Positions 28,608-38,014 of a stretch of 64,000 bases of DNA are shown piece after piece; within the stretch, counting starts at the first letter, position 1; the number at the start of each line of letters is the position of its first letter. Source of the stretch: Candidatus Cloacimonadales bacterium. GTDB taxonomy: Bacteria > Cloacimonadota > Cloacimonadia > Cloacimonadales > DAONDQ01. Both the position numbers and the translations under genes were made by a program. The stretch covers positions 1,472,001-1,536,000 of the forward strand of contig OY759316.1 of assembly GCA_963662275.1 (NCBI GenBank). The letters run 5' to 3'. The notes under the pieces were generated by a model. That model worked only from the letters and a program-made list of their open reading frames with translations, was not told the origin of the DNA and searched no databases.

Positions 28608-30419
28608 ATGCGCTTGACTTTACTTTTATCAATCTTAATCGTAGCCCAGATGCTGTTTTCTTTGACGAATGTTCCGAGCGGTAACGTCTCTGGAACCTAT
28701 ACTCTTAGTGGTTCACCCTATATGATCAATGGCGATATTACGATTCAAAATGGACAGACCCTAACCATCAATCCAGGGGTACAGATCATTTTCAGTGGCC
28801 TCTATAAACTTAAAGTAGATGGCAGGATTGTGGCAATTGGAACTGCGGTGGACAGCATCAAATTCACCACAACAGGTACATCAACTAAATGGAAGGGAAT
28901 CAGGTTTTACAATACTTCTGCAACAAATGACACTTCCTTTTTTAATTACTGCATTTTAGAAAATGGTGATGCGTCAGGAAACGCTCTATCCATTGATAAT
29001 TCAGGTGGAGCGTTATGTACAACAGCTTTTTCCAAGTTGCATATTGAACATTGCAGATTTAGTAACAATTCTGCTTCAGTCTCTGGAGGAGCTTGTTTTT
29101 TTGACCAAACAGACCTAATTATCAAGAATTGCATATTCAGTTATAATTCTGCCTCCAGCAGCGGGGGAGGTCTAACCAGTACAAGTTCAAATGTTCCCTA
29201 TACAGTAAATAAGATACGAATTTACAATTCAGCTTTCAATCACAATTACGGCGGTTGGGGAGGAGGAGCATATATCCAATCATCCACGGAAAGTATCGTT
29301 CAAAATTGTACAATTGATGCTAATAGCTCCTATAATGGTGGTGGGATCATGATCAAGGATTCACAGGATTGTTTTATCAGGAACTGTACCATTACCAAAT
29401 GCATAAGCAATAATCGGGGCGGTGGAATAAACGGAACAGCTAGTACCATCACAATCTCAGACAATTCAATTTCAGGATGTTATTTCACAGATAACTGGGA
29501 TAATCCCAGTGGAATGGGAATAGCCTTGGAAGCAGGCGGACCCTATATTGTGAATCGTAATAAAATATTCAATAATTTAGCTGATCCTTCCTTTGCAGCC
29601 CAGGGAGGAGGTATCCGTTGTTTGAATTGTATTTATGAAATTGTGAACAATGCCATTTTCAATAATGGAGCTTCCGTTGGTGGAGGGTTGATGCTAAATA
29701 ACTATGGTGCCTTATCTGTAAACTGTAAACTCTGGAATAACACGATCGTGAATAATGCTTCTGCGGGAGCTGGTGCAATGAGTGTTATGGGATATGTAGA
29801 TGTTAGGAATAATATCATCTGGGGTAATACCTGCAATGACGGTTACCAGATAAGAATTACAAATGATGGAACGAATTTGATCTTTGCTTATAATGATATT
29901 CAAAATGGTTTAGCCACTTTTTCTGTACCCAGTTCACCTAACTGGAATTCAACCACCCAGTATGTCAATAATATCTCCGCAACACCTCAATTTATTGGTG
30001 CTACTAGTGGGTCAGGGACAGGCTATGAAGGGTCAGGTGCCAACTGGCAGATTCCTGTCACTTCACCATGTAGAAACTCTGGCGATCCTGCTATCAATAT
30101 GGGAACTTATACAACTGATTTACTTGGTAATACGCGAATTGACGAAGATAGAATTGATATTGGAACCTACGAATATCAGAATCCACTCAATGCACCTAGA
30201 TCCATGCAAATCACTCGTTCAGGTAGTAATGTGATCATACGGTGGGATCCAGTGACAATTGCAACGGGATATGCCCTCTATAGTTCAACGAATCCTTATT
30301 CAGGCTTTACTTTGCTGGATAATACACCATCTCACTTCACTTTGGTAAGCGGTAAAATTCAATGGACGGGTGCTATCTCTACTTCCAGGAAGTTCTTTGA
30401 AGCAAAGGCAGTACAATAG
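28608..30419 (+). CDS. Secreted right-handed beta-helix protein with choice-of-anchor-Q-like domain
   Basis: GSPY.INGDI...TLTINPGV, repeated N.A..GGG, SPCRNSG...DLLGNTR...DIGTYEY. Confidence 0.8.
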   Translation: MRLTLLLSILIVAQMLFSLTNVPSGNVSGTYTLSGSPYMINGDITIQNGQTLTINPGVQIIFSGLYKLKVDGRIVAIGTAVDSIKFTTTGTSTKWKGIRFYNTSATNDTSFFNYCILENGDASGNALSIDNSGGALCTTAFSKLHIEHCRFSNNSASVSGGACFFDQTDLIIKNCIFSYNSASSSGGGLTSTSSNVPYTVNKIRIYNSAFNHNYGGWGGGAYIQSSTESIVQNCTIDANSSYNGGGIMIKDSQDCFIRNCTITKCISNNRGGGINGTASTITISDNSISGCYFTDNWDNPSGMGIALEAGGPYIVNRNKIFNNLADPSFAAQGGGIRCLNCIYEIVNNAIFNNGASVGGGLMLNNYGALSVNCKLWNNTIVNNASAGAGAMSVMGYVDVRNNIIWGNTCNDGYQIRITNDGTNLIFAYNDIQNGLATFSVPSSPNWNSTTQYVNNISATPQFIGATSGSGTGYEGSGANWQIPVTSPCRNSGDPAINMGTYTTDLLGNTRIDEDRIDIGTYEYQNPLNAPRSMQITRSGSNVIIRWDPVTIATGYALYSSTNPYSGFTLLDNTPSHFTLVSGKIQWTGAISTSRKFFEAKAVQ

Positions 30420-30461
30420 GAAAATTAAAAATTAAGAATTGCAGAGCAGACTAGTCTGGTT

Positions 30462-30496
30462 CCCTCCCTTTGGATAAAGGGAGGGGTAGGGGAGAG
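30462..30496. repeat. REP-like hairpin CCCTCCCTTT-GGAT-AAAGGGAGGG
   Basis: Same family as 1862-2026, 63662-63684 and 63879-63912. Confidence 0.75.
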
Positions 30497-30721
30497 TTTG
30501 ATTCTGCTCTTTTCTTTTCCTATCAGCTATAAGCTTCTTCAAGAGGGAGAGCTAGTTTTGCATCTTTTGGACTCCAGGTCGTTTCTGATACTTTTGTCCA
30601 CATAGTCTAATCCCTAATTTTTAATTCTTAATTTTAATTCTAATTCTGTCACTCTTCTCTTGACGTAAAACACCTCTATCTGTAACATATTATCTATCAT
30701 TATAGTTATTCTTGAGGTGTT

Positions 30722-31399
30722 ATGCATCAACGTTATCTATTAGGATTACTGCTTATCATTTTGATGGTCTCATTTGTACCCGATCTATTTGCCGACCAAG
30801 CTAAACAAGAGAAATTAGAAGCAGCTTTCTGCGCTGAGTATAAGTTCGATGGCATCATTACTTGGTGGAATGATGACACACCCCAAAGTTTGGAAGGTCT
30901 ATTTGATTATATGATGCTTTCTACTTATGATACATATGAAGATAGTAAATTCATTATTGAAGATATTTTTGATAGCTTACTGCCCTATATTGGCTTGGAA
31001 GAAGAGGACTTTTTCCCTGTTGAAGTGGGTGAAAATTTCTATACACTGAAGCAGAAGTTAAATGGCAGATCCATTGATGATTATGGTTATATCAAAATGG
31101 AGGTTACAGATCAGGCAGTTTTGCTTTCGGTCTATACTCTTTCTAATGCCAAAGCTCCCAAAGATCCTTCATTAACAGCCGATGCTGCTTATGCCAATTA
31201 TAAGAAGATGGCTCAGCCAGATGACATTGTTCCTCAATCAGAAGCTACCATTAATCTAACTTACTATGTCTTGCCTTCAGACATTGATTATAAGATTCAA
31301 AAACCTACAGAACTAAGCTTAGTTTGGAATATCAAAGGCAAAAACAATACATACCGCATTGATGCTATGACTGGGAAGCAAATAGGAAGGGTGGAATAG
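30722..31399 (+). CDS. Secreted PepSY/propeptide-like protein, paralog of 16414..17094
   Basis: Shared ADQA.Q.K.EA.F, I.WWN.D, L.PY.GL..EDFFP, QKLNGR, DI.PQS, KPTE, IDA.TGK. Confidence 0.65.
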   Translation: MHQRYLLGLLLIILMVSFVPDLFADQAKQEKLEAAFCAEYKFDGIITWWNDDTPQSLEGLFDYMMLSTYDTYEDSKFIIEDIFDSLLPYIGLEEEDFFPVEVGENFYTLKQKLNGRSIDDYGYIKMEVTDQAVLLSVYTLSNAKAPKDPSLTADAAYANYKKMAQPDDIVPQSEATINLTYYVLPSDIDYKIQKPTELSLVWNIKGKNNTYRIDAMTGKQIGRVE

Positions 31400-31468
31400 A
31401 AATTATTAGATAATTGGAGTGGTGATGGATACGAATCATGTTTCTCTGAAAGCATATGTAGTGTTTGA

Positions 31469-31497
31469 GTAGAGACGCCCAACTTGGGCGTCTCTAC
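31469..31497. repeat. GTAG-type REP palindrome (second copy 43988-44016)
   Basis: GTAGAGACGCCCAA-C-TTGGGCGTCTCTAC. Confidence 0.8.
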
Positions 31498-31508
31498 CGG
31501 AGTTAATA

Positions 31509-32594
31509 TCACTGTCTCTTGTTGAAACCAAATTTGATAAGATCCGATCTCAATCTCTCTTCTTTATGGATACGCTGTTTACGCCTTGAATTTAGGACAT
31601 GGAGTTCTTCCTGGAGTCTAAGAAATGAATTCAGGCGTTTTTCATCCAGCTCCCCATTTTCAGTCGCTTCCCGAATAGCACAGCCTGGCTCAGTACCATG
31701 ATTACAGTTACGGAAACGACACTCTTCAGCCAGTTCTTTGATATCTTCAAAGGTCTTGTTCAGGCTTACTTCTGTACCAATGATCTTAATATCACGCAGC
31801 CCCGGATTATCGATGAGGATTCCCCCTGAAGGGATGATGATCAATTCACGATGGGATGTCGTGTGTCTTCCCCTCCCGTCAGCGATTCGTGACTCAGCCG
31901 TAAGTTGCTTCTCTTCTCCCAGGATAGCATTCAGAATAGTCGACTTGCCCACTCCTGATGAACCTATCAGAGATATTGTCGTTCCAACAGACACATATTC
32001 TCGAATAAAATGCATATTGTCACCATGCAAAGCACTGATGGCATGCACAGGTACATCACAACAGATCTTTTTCACTTCCTCTAATTTCTCTTCCACATCA
32101 TTGCATAGATCTGTTTTATTTAGGATGATAACAGCTTTCACACCGCTTTCCCAGATAAGGGAAAGATACCGTTCAATTTTTCGAAGATTGTAATCGAAGT
32201 TTAATGATACAACAAGGAAGACAATATCGATGTTCACCGATAGAATCTGTTCATCGGAACTTCCCGCCTTTGTAAAATTGCGACCGTAGGTATTCTTCGC
32301 CTTTCGGGAGAAGCAACTCTTTCTGGGAAGAATGGCAACGATACGATATGGATCTACGGGTTTCTTTCGTTCCACAGCAACCCAATCCCCTATAGCCGGG
32401 AGGTCAGACCGGTTAAAAGCAGAATCGAACAGTTTTTGTGCAACTAGGGCAACATCTTCGCCCGTTTCCATAAGAATTCCATATCGGTTCTTCATCTCCT
32501 GGCAAATACGTGCGGGAATACATTTTTTTTCTTTATAGGGCTGAAATGCTGCTTCCAGTTCAGTATTCCACCCTAGTTCATTTAATGGATACAT
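31509..32594 (-). CDS. rsgA: Ribosome small-subunit-dependent GTPase RsgA family
   Basis: PAIGDWV, NKTD, GSSGVGKS, GRGRHTT, DNPG, CRFRNCNHGTEPGC; ATG 32594 after GGAGG. Confidence 0.92.
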   Translation of the reverse strand: MYPLNELGWNTELEAAFQPYKEKKCIPARICQEMKNRYGILMETGEDVALVAQKLFDSAFNRSDLPAIGDWVAVERKKPVDPYRIVAILPRKSCFSRKAKNTYGRNFTKAGSSDEQILSVNIDIVFLVVSLNFDYNLRKIERYLSLIWESGVKAVIILNKTDLCNDVEEKLEEVKKICCDVPVHAISALHGDNMHFIREYVSVGTTISLIGSSGVGKSTILNAILGEEKQLTAESRIADGRGRHTTSHRELIIIPSGGILIDNPGLRDIKIIGTEVSLNKTFEDIKELAEECRFRNCNHGTEPGCAIREATENGELDEKRLNSFLRLQEELHVLNSRRKQRIHKEERLRSDLIKFGFNKRQ

Positions 32595-32920
32595 AAACGC
32601 CTCCAGAGAGTTGACCACGAAACACACTGGCAGAAGGTTCCAGGTGTCAGGTTCCAGGTGTCAGTTTCATAGAAAGAAGATAGTGCAATCACAAAAAATA
32701 TGATTATGTATGAATTCATATCCTCTCTCCTTTGACAAGTATTGTTTTTTTCAAGGGATAGTGTGCTATAGCTTGTGAAGTTTTGATCGTTATAAGTTTC
32801 GTAAATATCGAAATCGTAATTCTTCGTAGGGATAAACCCAAGTGTTTATCCTCTGAAACTAATACCTGGTATCTAGTACCTAGCACCTTTTTCTTCATAC
32901 ATCTTCCATTTTGGGCTGAT

Positions 32921-32997
32921 AAAATAAAAAGCTCAGAGGAACTCGTCCCCTGAGCTATACTCAGAAAAAACGGGAACGGTTCCAAGACCGATCCCGT
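32921..32997 (-). terminator. Two consecutive intrinsic terminators
   Basis: Minus strand: ACGGGATCGGT...ACCGTTCCCGT-TTTTT and AGCTCAGGGGA...TCCTCTGAGCT-TTTT. Confidence 0.7.
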
Positions 32998-33066
32998 ATA
33001 AAAACTATCAATAACCGTACTCAGCCCGATATTATGGCTACGCAGCTTACATGACAAGGATCGGAA

Positions 33067-33108
33067 TTAGTATAAATTGTCTCCTGTGAATTCATTTGAA
33101 TAAATCAT
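33067..33108 (-). CDS. Putative 13-aa peptide MIYSNEFTGDNLY
   Basis: TTGACA promoter (33162-33167), SD AAGGAGG 5 nt before the ATG. Confidence 0.45.
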   Translation of the reverse strand: MIYSNEFTGDNLY

Positions 33109-33220
33109 GTTTTCCTCCTTATCATATTTAATAAGACAATAAATAGTGTGGATAGAATGGATGTCAAGAAGATATTGCAGAAGGGGCTAGAGACTAGAAT
33201 AGAGAAGTATAAAAAGACAC

Positions 33221-33370
33221 TATAACTGCAATTCAGGACACAAAACTGCAAATCGGGATTTTCTTTGCTAATTCTGGCAGTTTATGGCGACTGACCCTCT
33301 TCGACAAAAGGGACGCCGTATACTGCAAACAAGTACACTATTTCTGCAAAAACGGTCACGAAAACTGCAG
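33221..33370 (+). promoter_or_regulatory. Phased CTGCA direct repeats (LytTR-like operator spacing)
   Basis: CTGCA at 33226 and 33246 (20 bp apart) and at 33323, 33344 and 33365 (21 bp apart). Confidence 0.45.
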
Positions 33371-33699
33371 ATTTGATTGTTATATTATTATTATCATGTT
33401 TGCCAATAGGATAGGAAATTGGCATAGCCTTCATTACTGTGCTTTAACTAGATAGCTGAACTAAATACAGTTGAGGTTAAAATAATTACAGAAATAAAAT
33501 ACAGGGATTTACTCTGAAGATTGTATTACTTTTTGTAGCCATGTCAATCTGATGACTTACACAGATTACATGACCCCCAATACGAGAATAGTAAAGAATA
33601 TGGATGTAAAGCACTTGCCGATTTATGATTTAGATATTCAAGGATTACCAGGCTTTACAAACCTCAATCAAGAATAACTGTAAGTAAAAGGAGGCAACA

Positions 33700-35172
33700 A
33701 TGACAAAACGCATAGTCAATGTCTTGCTGGGGGTAACATTATGTGTTTCTATTTCAGCTTTCTCCTATCCGATAGTTGACACAGGGGTTCACGCTTTTTA
33801 TAATAACAATGCCATAATAACCGCACCAGCGGAAGGCGCTGCTTTTTTTGGGCAGGATGCCACCTACCAGGGCAATGAAGCCTCTTATACAGACAATGGG
33901 AATGGCACCATAACGGATAACGTAACAGGATTAATGTGGCAAATGGACATGGGAGACAGAATCAGTTACAACAATGCAAAAACAAAGGCTGATACATTAA
34001 CTCTTGCCGGATATACTGATTGGCGGATGCCTACTATTAAGGAACTCTACTCCCTGATAAACTTTAATGGACAAGCCAACATGGAGAGTATCATCACACC
34101 CTATATAGATACAGACTACTTCATACAACCGGAAGGTTCGCCCCGTCCTATTGATGCCCAGACCTGGTCTCTGACCATATATCTCAGCCTGACAATGTAG
34201 GGTGATTCCACAGTGTTTGGGGTGAATTTCCTGGATGGGAGAATCAAAGGCTACAATCAGTATATTCCGGGAAGTAACAATACCAATCCGAATGTCAACC
34301 TCTTTGCCAGGATGGTACGTGGTGCCACAAATTATGGAGTTAACGATTTTGTTGATAATGGGGACGGCACCATTACTGATAACGCTACGGGACTGTTGTG
34401 GCAACAGGCGGATGATGGAGTTGCCCGTGATTGGCAAAATTCGCTGACTTACGCAGAAACCCTTGTTCTGGCTGGACATTCTGACTGGCGTCTGCCTAAT
34501 GCGAAGGAACTGCAAAGTATTGTGGATTATACAAGATGTCCCGATTTAACGCAATCTCCAGCCATTAACCCCATATTTTCTACTACCGGGATCAACGATC
34601 CTGATGGAAACCCGGGTCAGTATCCCTATTTCTGGACCAGCACGACTCATCTGGACGGCATCAATCCCTATGAAAAAGCTGTATATATAGCTTTTGGGGA
34701 AGCCCAGGGCAGACTGAGCAATGTGCTGTTAGATGTACACGGAGCAGGGGCTCAACGCAGCGATCCCAAGACAGGAAATCCTGAAGATTATCCCCAGTTT
34801 TTTGGTCCGCAGGGTGATGTGATATATGTCTTTAATTACACAAGATGTGTCAGAAACGGGGCAATTGTTGGAAATTATGACACAACTCAAAACCCTGAAG
34901 CTGTGTTATTTGTATCAGCCTACCCCAATCCTATACGCATGGCGGGAGAAGTGACTTTTGAAGCAAAACTAAAAGCAGATGAGACAGGGTCTATCACTAT
35001 TTACAATATCAAAGGACAACAAGTCAAATCCTTTGAAGTTAACGCTGCACATTCTAAACAAAGTTGGAACGGTACTGACGAAAATAACCACCAATGTTCG
35101 GTAGGTGTTTACGCATACAAGTTATCAGTCAATAATCGCCAAATAACAAAGAAATTGGTGATACTTAAGTAA
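33700..35172 (+). pseudogene. DUF1566 (Lcl)-domain secreted protein with FlgD-like C-terminus, interrupted by one in-frame TAG (34198-34200)
   Basis: ORFs 33700..34200 and 34213..35172 share a frame; DNGNGTITDNVTGLMW and DWRLP..KEL repeats. Confidence 0.8.
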
Positions 35173-35304
35173 AATCAAATTGATATGAGATGCGGTAACA
35201 GTAATAATAACATTTAATAATGTGTTGATAGCTGGAGAGTTTATCCCTCCGAACAACGTACCCGTAAAGGGTACGGCTATTGATAAATAAAAGGAGTTTA
35301 AGAC

Positions 35305-36531
35305 ATGACAAGGCTTCACATATATCTTCACTGTGCAACATTGTTTGTTGCTGCTGGGATCCTTTTAGCAACAGGAGGATGTAACAATCCTGCAAGTAAT
35401 GATGTGGAAATGCAGATTATTCCTCGTGACCCGGCATATGCAGGATGCTATCCGGTAGTGAGCACCAGTCAAACAGCTTGTTGGGACAGTGCCGGCACCC
35501 TAATCACTCCTGTAGCAGGCGACGCATTTTTTGGACAAGATGCTCAGTATAATCATACAAATCCTATTTACACAAAAAGCAGCGATGGAAAGACAGTAAA
35601 AGACGAAGTAACCGGCTTAACATGGCAGCAAAGCTATAGCAGTGGAACTTATTATTGGGCAGCAACTCAAACTGTAGTGAACAATCTGAACAAGCAGGAA
35701 TATGGTGGCTACAGCGACTGGCGCCTTCCAACTATAAAAGAATTATACTCTTTATGGAATGCATCCGTTGGCTGGCCTTATATTGATACAAACTATTTTA
35801 CTATCAATTACAGCAGTGAGGAAGATCTGAGCCATGCCATTTTCTGGAGCAACGATAAATATTCCGGAGTATTGGGCAACATAAGCGGAGCGCCTGGCGC
35901 AGAACCTGGCGCAGAACTTGCCTTTGGTGTGAATTTTGGCACAGGACATATCAAAGCGTATAGTATCAGTGTCGGTCCAAAGCACTTAGTTCGATGCGTG
36001 AGGGGCAATCTTGCATACGGTGTAAATCTATTTCAGAATAATGGTGACGGAACTATTTCTGATTTGTCTACCGGTTTGATGTGGCAACAAACCGACAGTG
36101 GCTCGGGGATAGATTGGGAAAATGCACTGGCTTATGCTCAAACGCAGAATAGCGCAAATTATCTGGGACACAACGATTGGCGATTACCAAATTCCAAGGA
36201 ACTTCAAAGTCTGGTGGATTATACCCGTTCTCCAGGTGCAACAAACTCAGCCAATGTAGGAACGGCAATAAATCCCTTATTCAGTTGTACAGCCATTACA
36301 AACGATGGTGGAAAAGCTGACTATCCCTATTACTGGACAAGTACATCGGCCATTTCAATAGCAAATGGTTCTTATCCTTCTGCATGGTATGTGGCTTTTG
36401 GAAGAGCGGAAGATGGAAATGGTGAAGATCTTCATGGTGCCGGTGCAGTGCGTTTTGATGCTAAGGTATTGGGAAGCGGTGAAGGAGAAGAAAGAGTTTT
36501 AAATTATGTACGTCTTGTAAGAACCAATTGA
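35305..36531 (+). CDS. DUF1566 (Lcl)-domain lipoprotein
   Basis: TGGC lipobox, two D..TGL.WQQ / DWRLP..KEL domains. Confidence 0.85.
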   Translation: MTRLHIYLHCATLFVAAGILLATGGCNNPASNDVEMQIIPRDPAYAGCYPVVSTSQTACWDSAGTLITPVAGDAFFGQDAQYNHTNPIYTKSSDGKTVKDEVTGLTWQQSYSSGTYYWAATQTVVNNLNKQEYGGYSDWRLPTIKELYSLWNASVGWPYIDTNYFTINYSSEEDLSHAIFWSNDKYSGVLGNISGAPGAEPGAELAFGVNFGTGHIKAYSISVGPKHLVRCVRGNLAYGVNLFQNNGDGTISDLSTGLMWQQTDSGSGIDWENALAYAQTQNSANYLGHNDWRLPNSKELQSLVDYTRSPGATNSANVGTAINPLFSCTAITNDGGKADYPYYWTSTSAISIANGSYPSAWYVAFGRAEDGNGEDLHGAGAVRFDAKVLGSGEGEERVLNYVRLVRTN

Positions 36532-36663
36532 TTGATGCCTGGACTCGTAAATTCAAGTTGCTGCACAGCATTTAATATGTTCCAGTGGTACTTGTTGTAA
36601 TGGTTGAGCAGAAAGCGCAGTTAAAGTATCAACCTTCAATTCCGCTCTTCTCAGCCAATTTAA

Positions 36664-37794
36664 TTAATCCTTAAAGTATACTGCTACTTTCTTCAATTCC
36701 TTTGGAATATCAATATGTTGAGGGCATTTGGACACACATGCTCCGCAATTAACACATTTATCTGCACGTTCTTCCTCTTCTACAAACCACTGGTATTCGC
36801 GAGTGTGCCTTTCCTTATTACCGAACATATGTGCGTCCATATACACTCCAAAACAGTCAGGAATATTGACTTTATGCGGACATTGCATACAGTATCTGCA
36901 TCCTGTACAGGGAACGGGTATCTTATCCTGGTAGATTTTGCGTACTTTGTTGTAGATATTCAGTTCTTTATGGCTCAGTTCATTTGCCTGGCAAGTATCC
37001 GCAATCATGAGATTTTCGAGTAGCTGTTCAATCGTTGTCATTCCGCTGAGAAGCAAGGTGACTTCGGGCAAATTCCACACCCAGCGCAAAGCTCTATCCA
37101 CAGGCGTGCGAATTGAATCAGATTTATCCCATAATGCTTCGACTTCAGAAGGTAACTGATTGACTAGCTTCCCACCCCTAAGAGGTTCCATTACAATAAC
37201 ACCCATTCCTTTTGAGGCAGCATATTTTAGTCCCCGCAAACCAGCCTGGTAAGCAGTATCAAAGAAATTAAGCTGAATCTGGCAGAAATCCCATTGATAG
37301 ACATCAACCACTTTTTTGAAAACAGGATATTTATCATGAAATGAAAAACCTGCATGGCGAATCTTACCTTTCTTCTTCATTTTATCGAGAAAAGTGAAAA
37401 CATCATTCGCAAGCAAATTCGTTAAGAAGCCTGTATTCATTGAATGAAGCAAATAATAATCTATATAATCTGTCTGTAAATGCTCTAACTGCTGATCGAG
37501 ATAGGACTCCAGATCTTCCGGCTTCTGAATTAACCAACTGGGTAGTTTTGTGGCTATCCTTAGCTTGGAACGATCACATTCCCTGATGAACTTTCCCAGC
37601 AGCAACTCGCTTTCTCCACCATGGTAGGGCCAGGCAGTATCGAAGTAATTGACTCCATTCTGATAAGCATGGCGTAACATCTGAAGAGCCTTCTCTTCAT
37701 CGATTTTTTGTTCTGGAGTAGTTGGAAAACGCATACAGCCAAATCCGAGTATAGATAATTTATCCTCTTTGTGAGGCATTGTACGATATCGCAT
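36664..37794 (-). CDS. Aldo/keto reductase with C-terminal 4Fe-4S domain
   Basis: LGFGCMRFP, YFDTAWPYH, MEPLRGG, CTGCRYC..CP, CVNCGAC...CPQ. Confidence 0.92.
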   Translation of the reverse strand: MRYRTMPHKEDKLSILGFGCMRFPTTPEQKIDEEKALQMLRHAYQNGVNYFDTAWPYHGGESELLLGKFIRECDRSKLRIATKLPSWLIQKPEDLESYLDQQLEHLQTDYIDYYLLHSMNTGFLTNLLANDVFTFLDKMKKKGKIRHAGFSFHDKYPVFKKVVDVYQWDFCQIQLNFFDTAYQAGLRGLKYAASKGMGVIVMEPLRGGKLVNQLPSEVEALWDKSDSIRTPVDRALRWVWNLPEVTLLLSGMTTIEQLLENLMIADTCQANELSHKELNIYNKVRKIYQDKIPVPCTGCRYCMQCPHKVNIPDCFGVYMDAHMFGNKERHTREYQWFVEEEERADKCVNCGACVSKCPQHIDIPKELKKVAVYFKD

Positions 37795-37969
37795 GAGTAC
37801 CTCTTTATCTCACTAGTATAATTTTCTTATTATTGATTTCTGAACATGAGTAATTAATCTAATCAGGTCTTGAAAACCAAGAGTGATTACTTAATTATTT
37901 CCATATTCATTACAAGAATGAATACTCTCTATGCATTTTTTTTGGAGTTTCAATGAACAGCCTTAACAT

Positions 37970-38000
37970 AAAAAAAGAGGCATCAGTTGATGCCTCTTTT
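37970..38000. terminator. Intrinsic terminator
   Basis: AAAAGAGGCATCA-GT-TGATGCCTCTTTT. Confidence 0.8.
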
Positions 38001-38014
38001 AACATCAATTTGAA

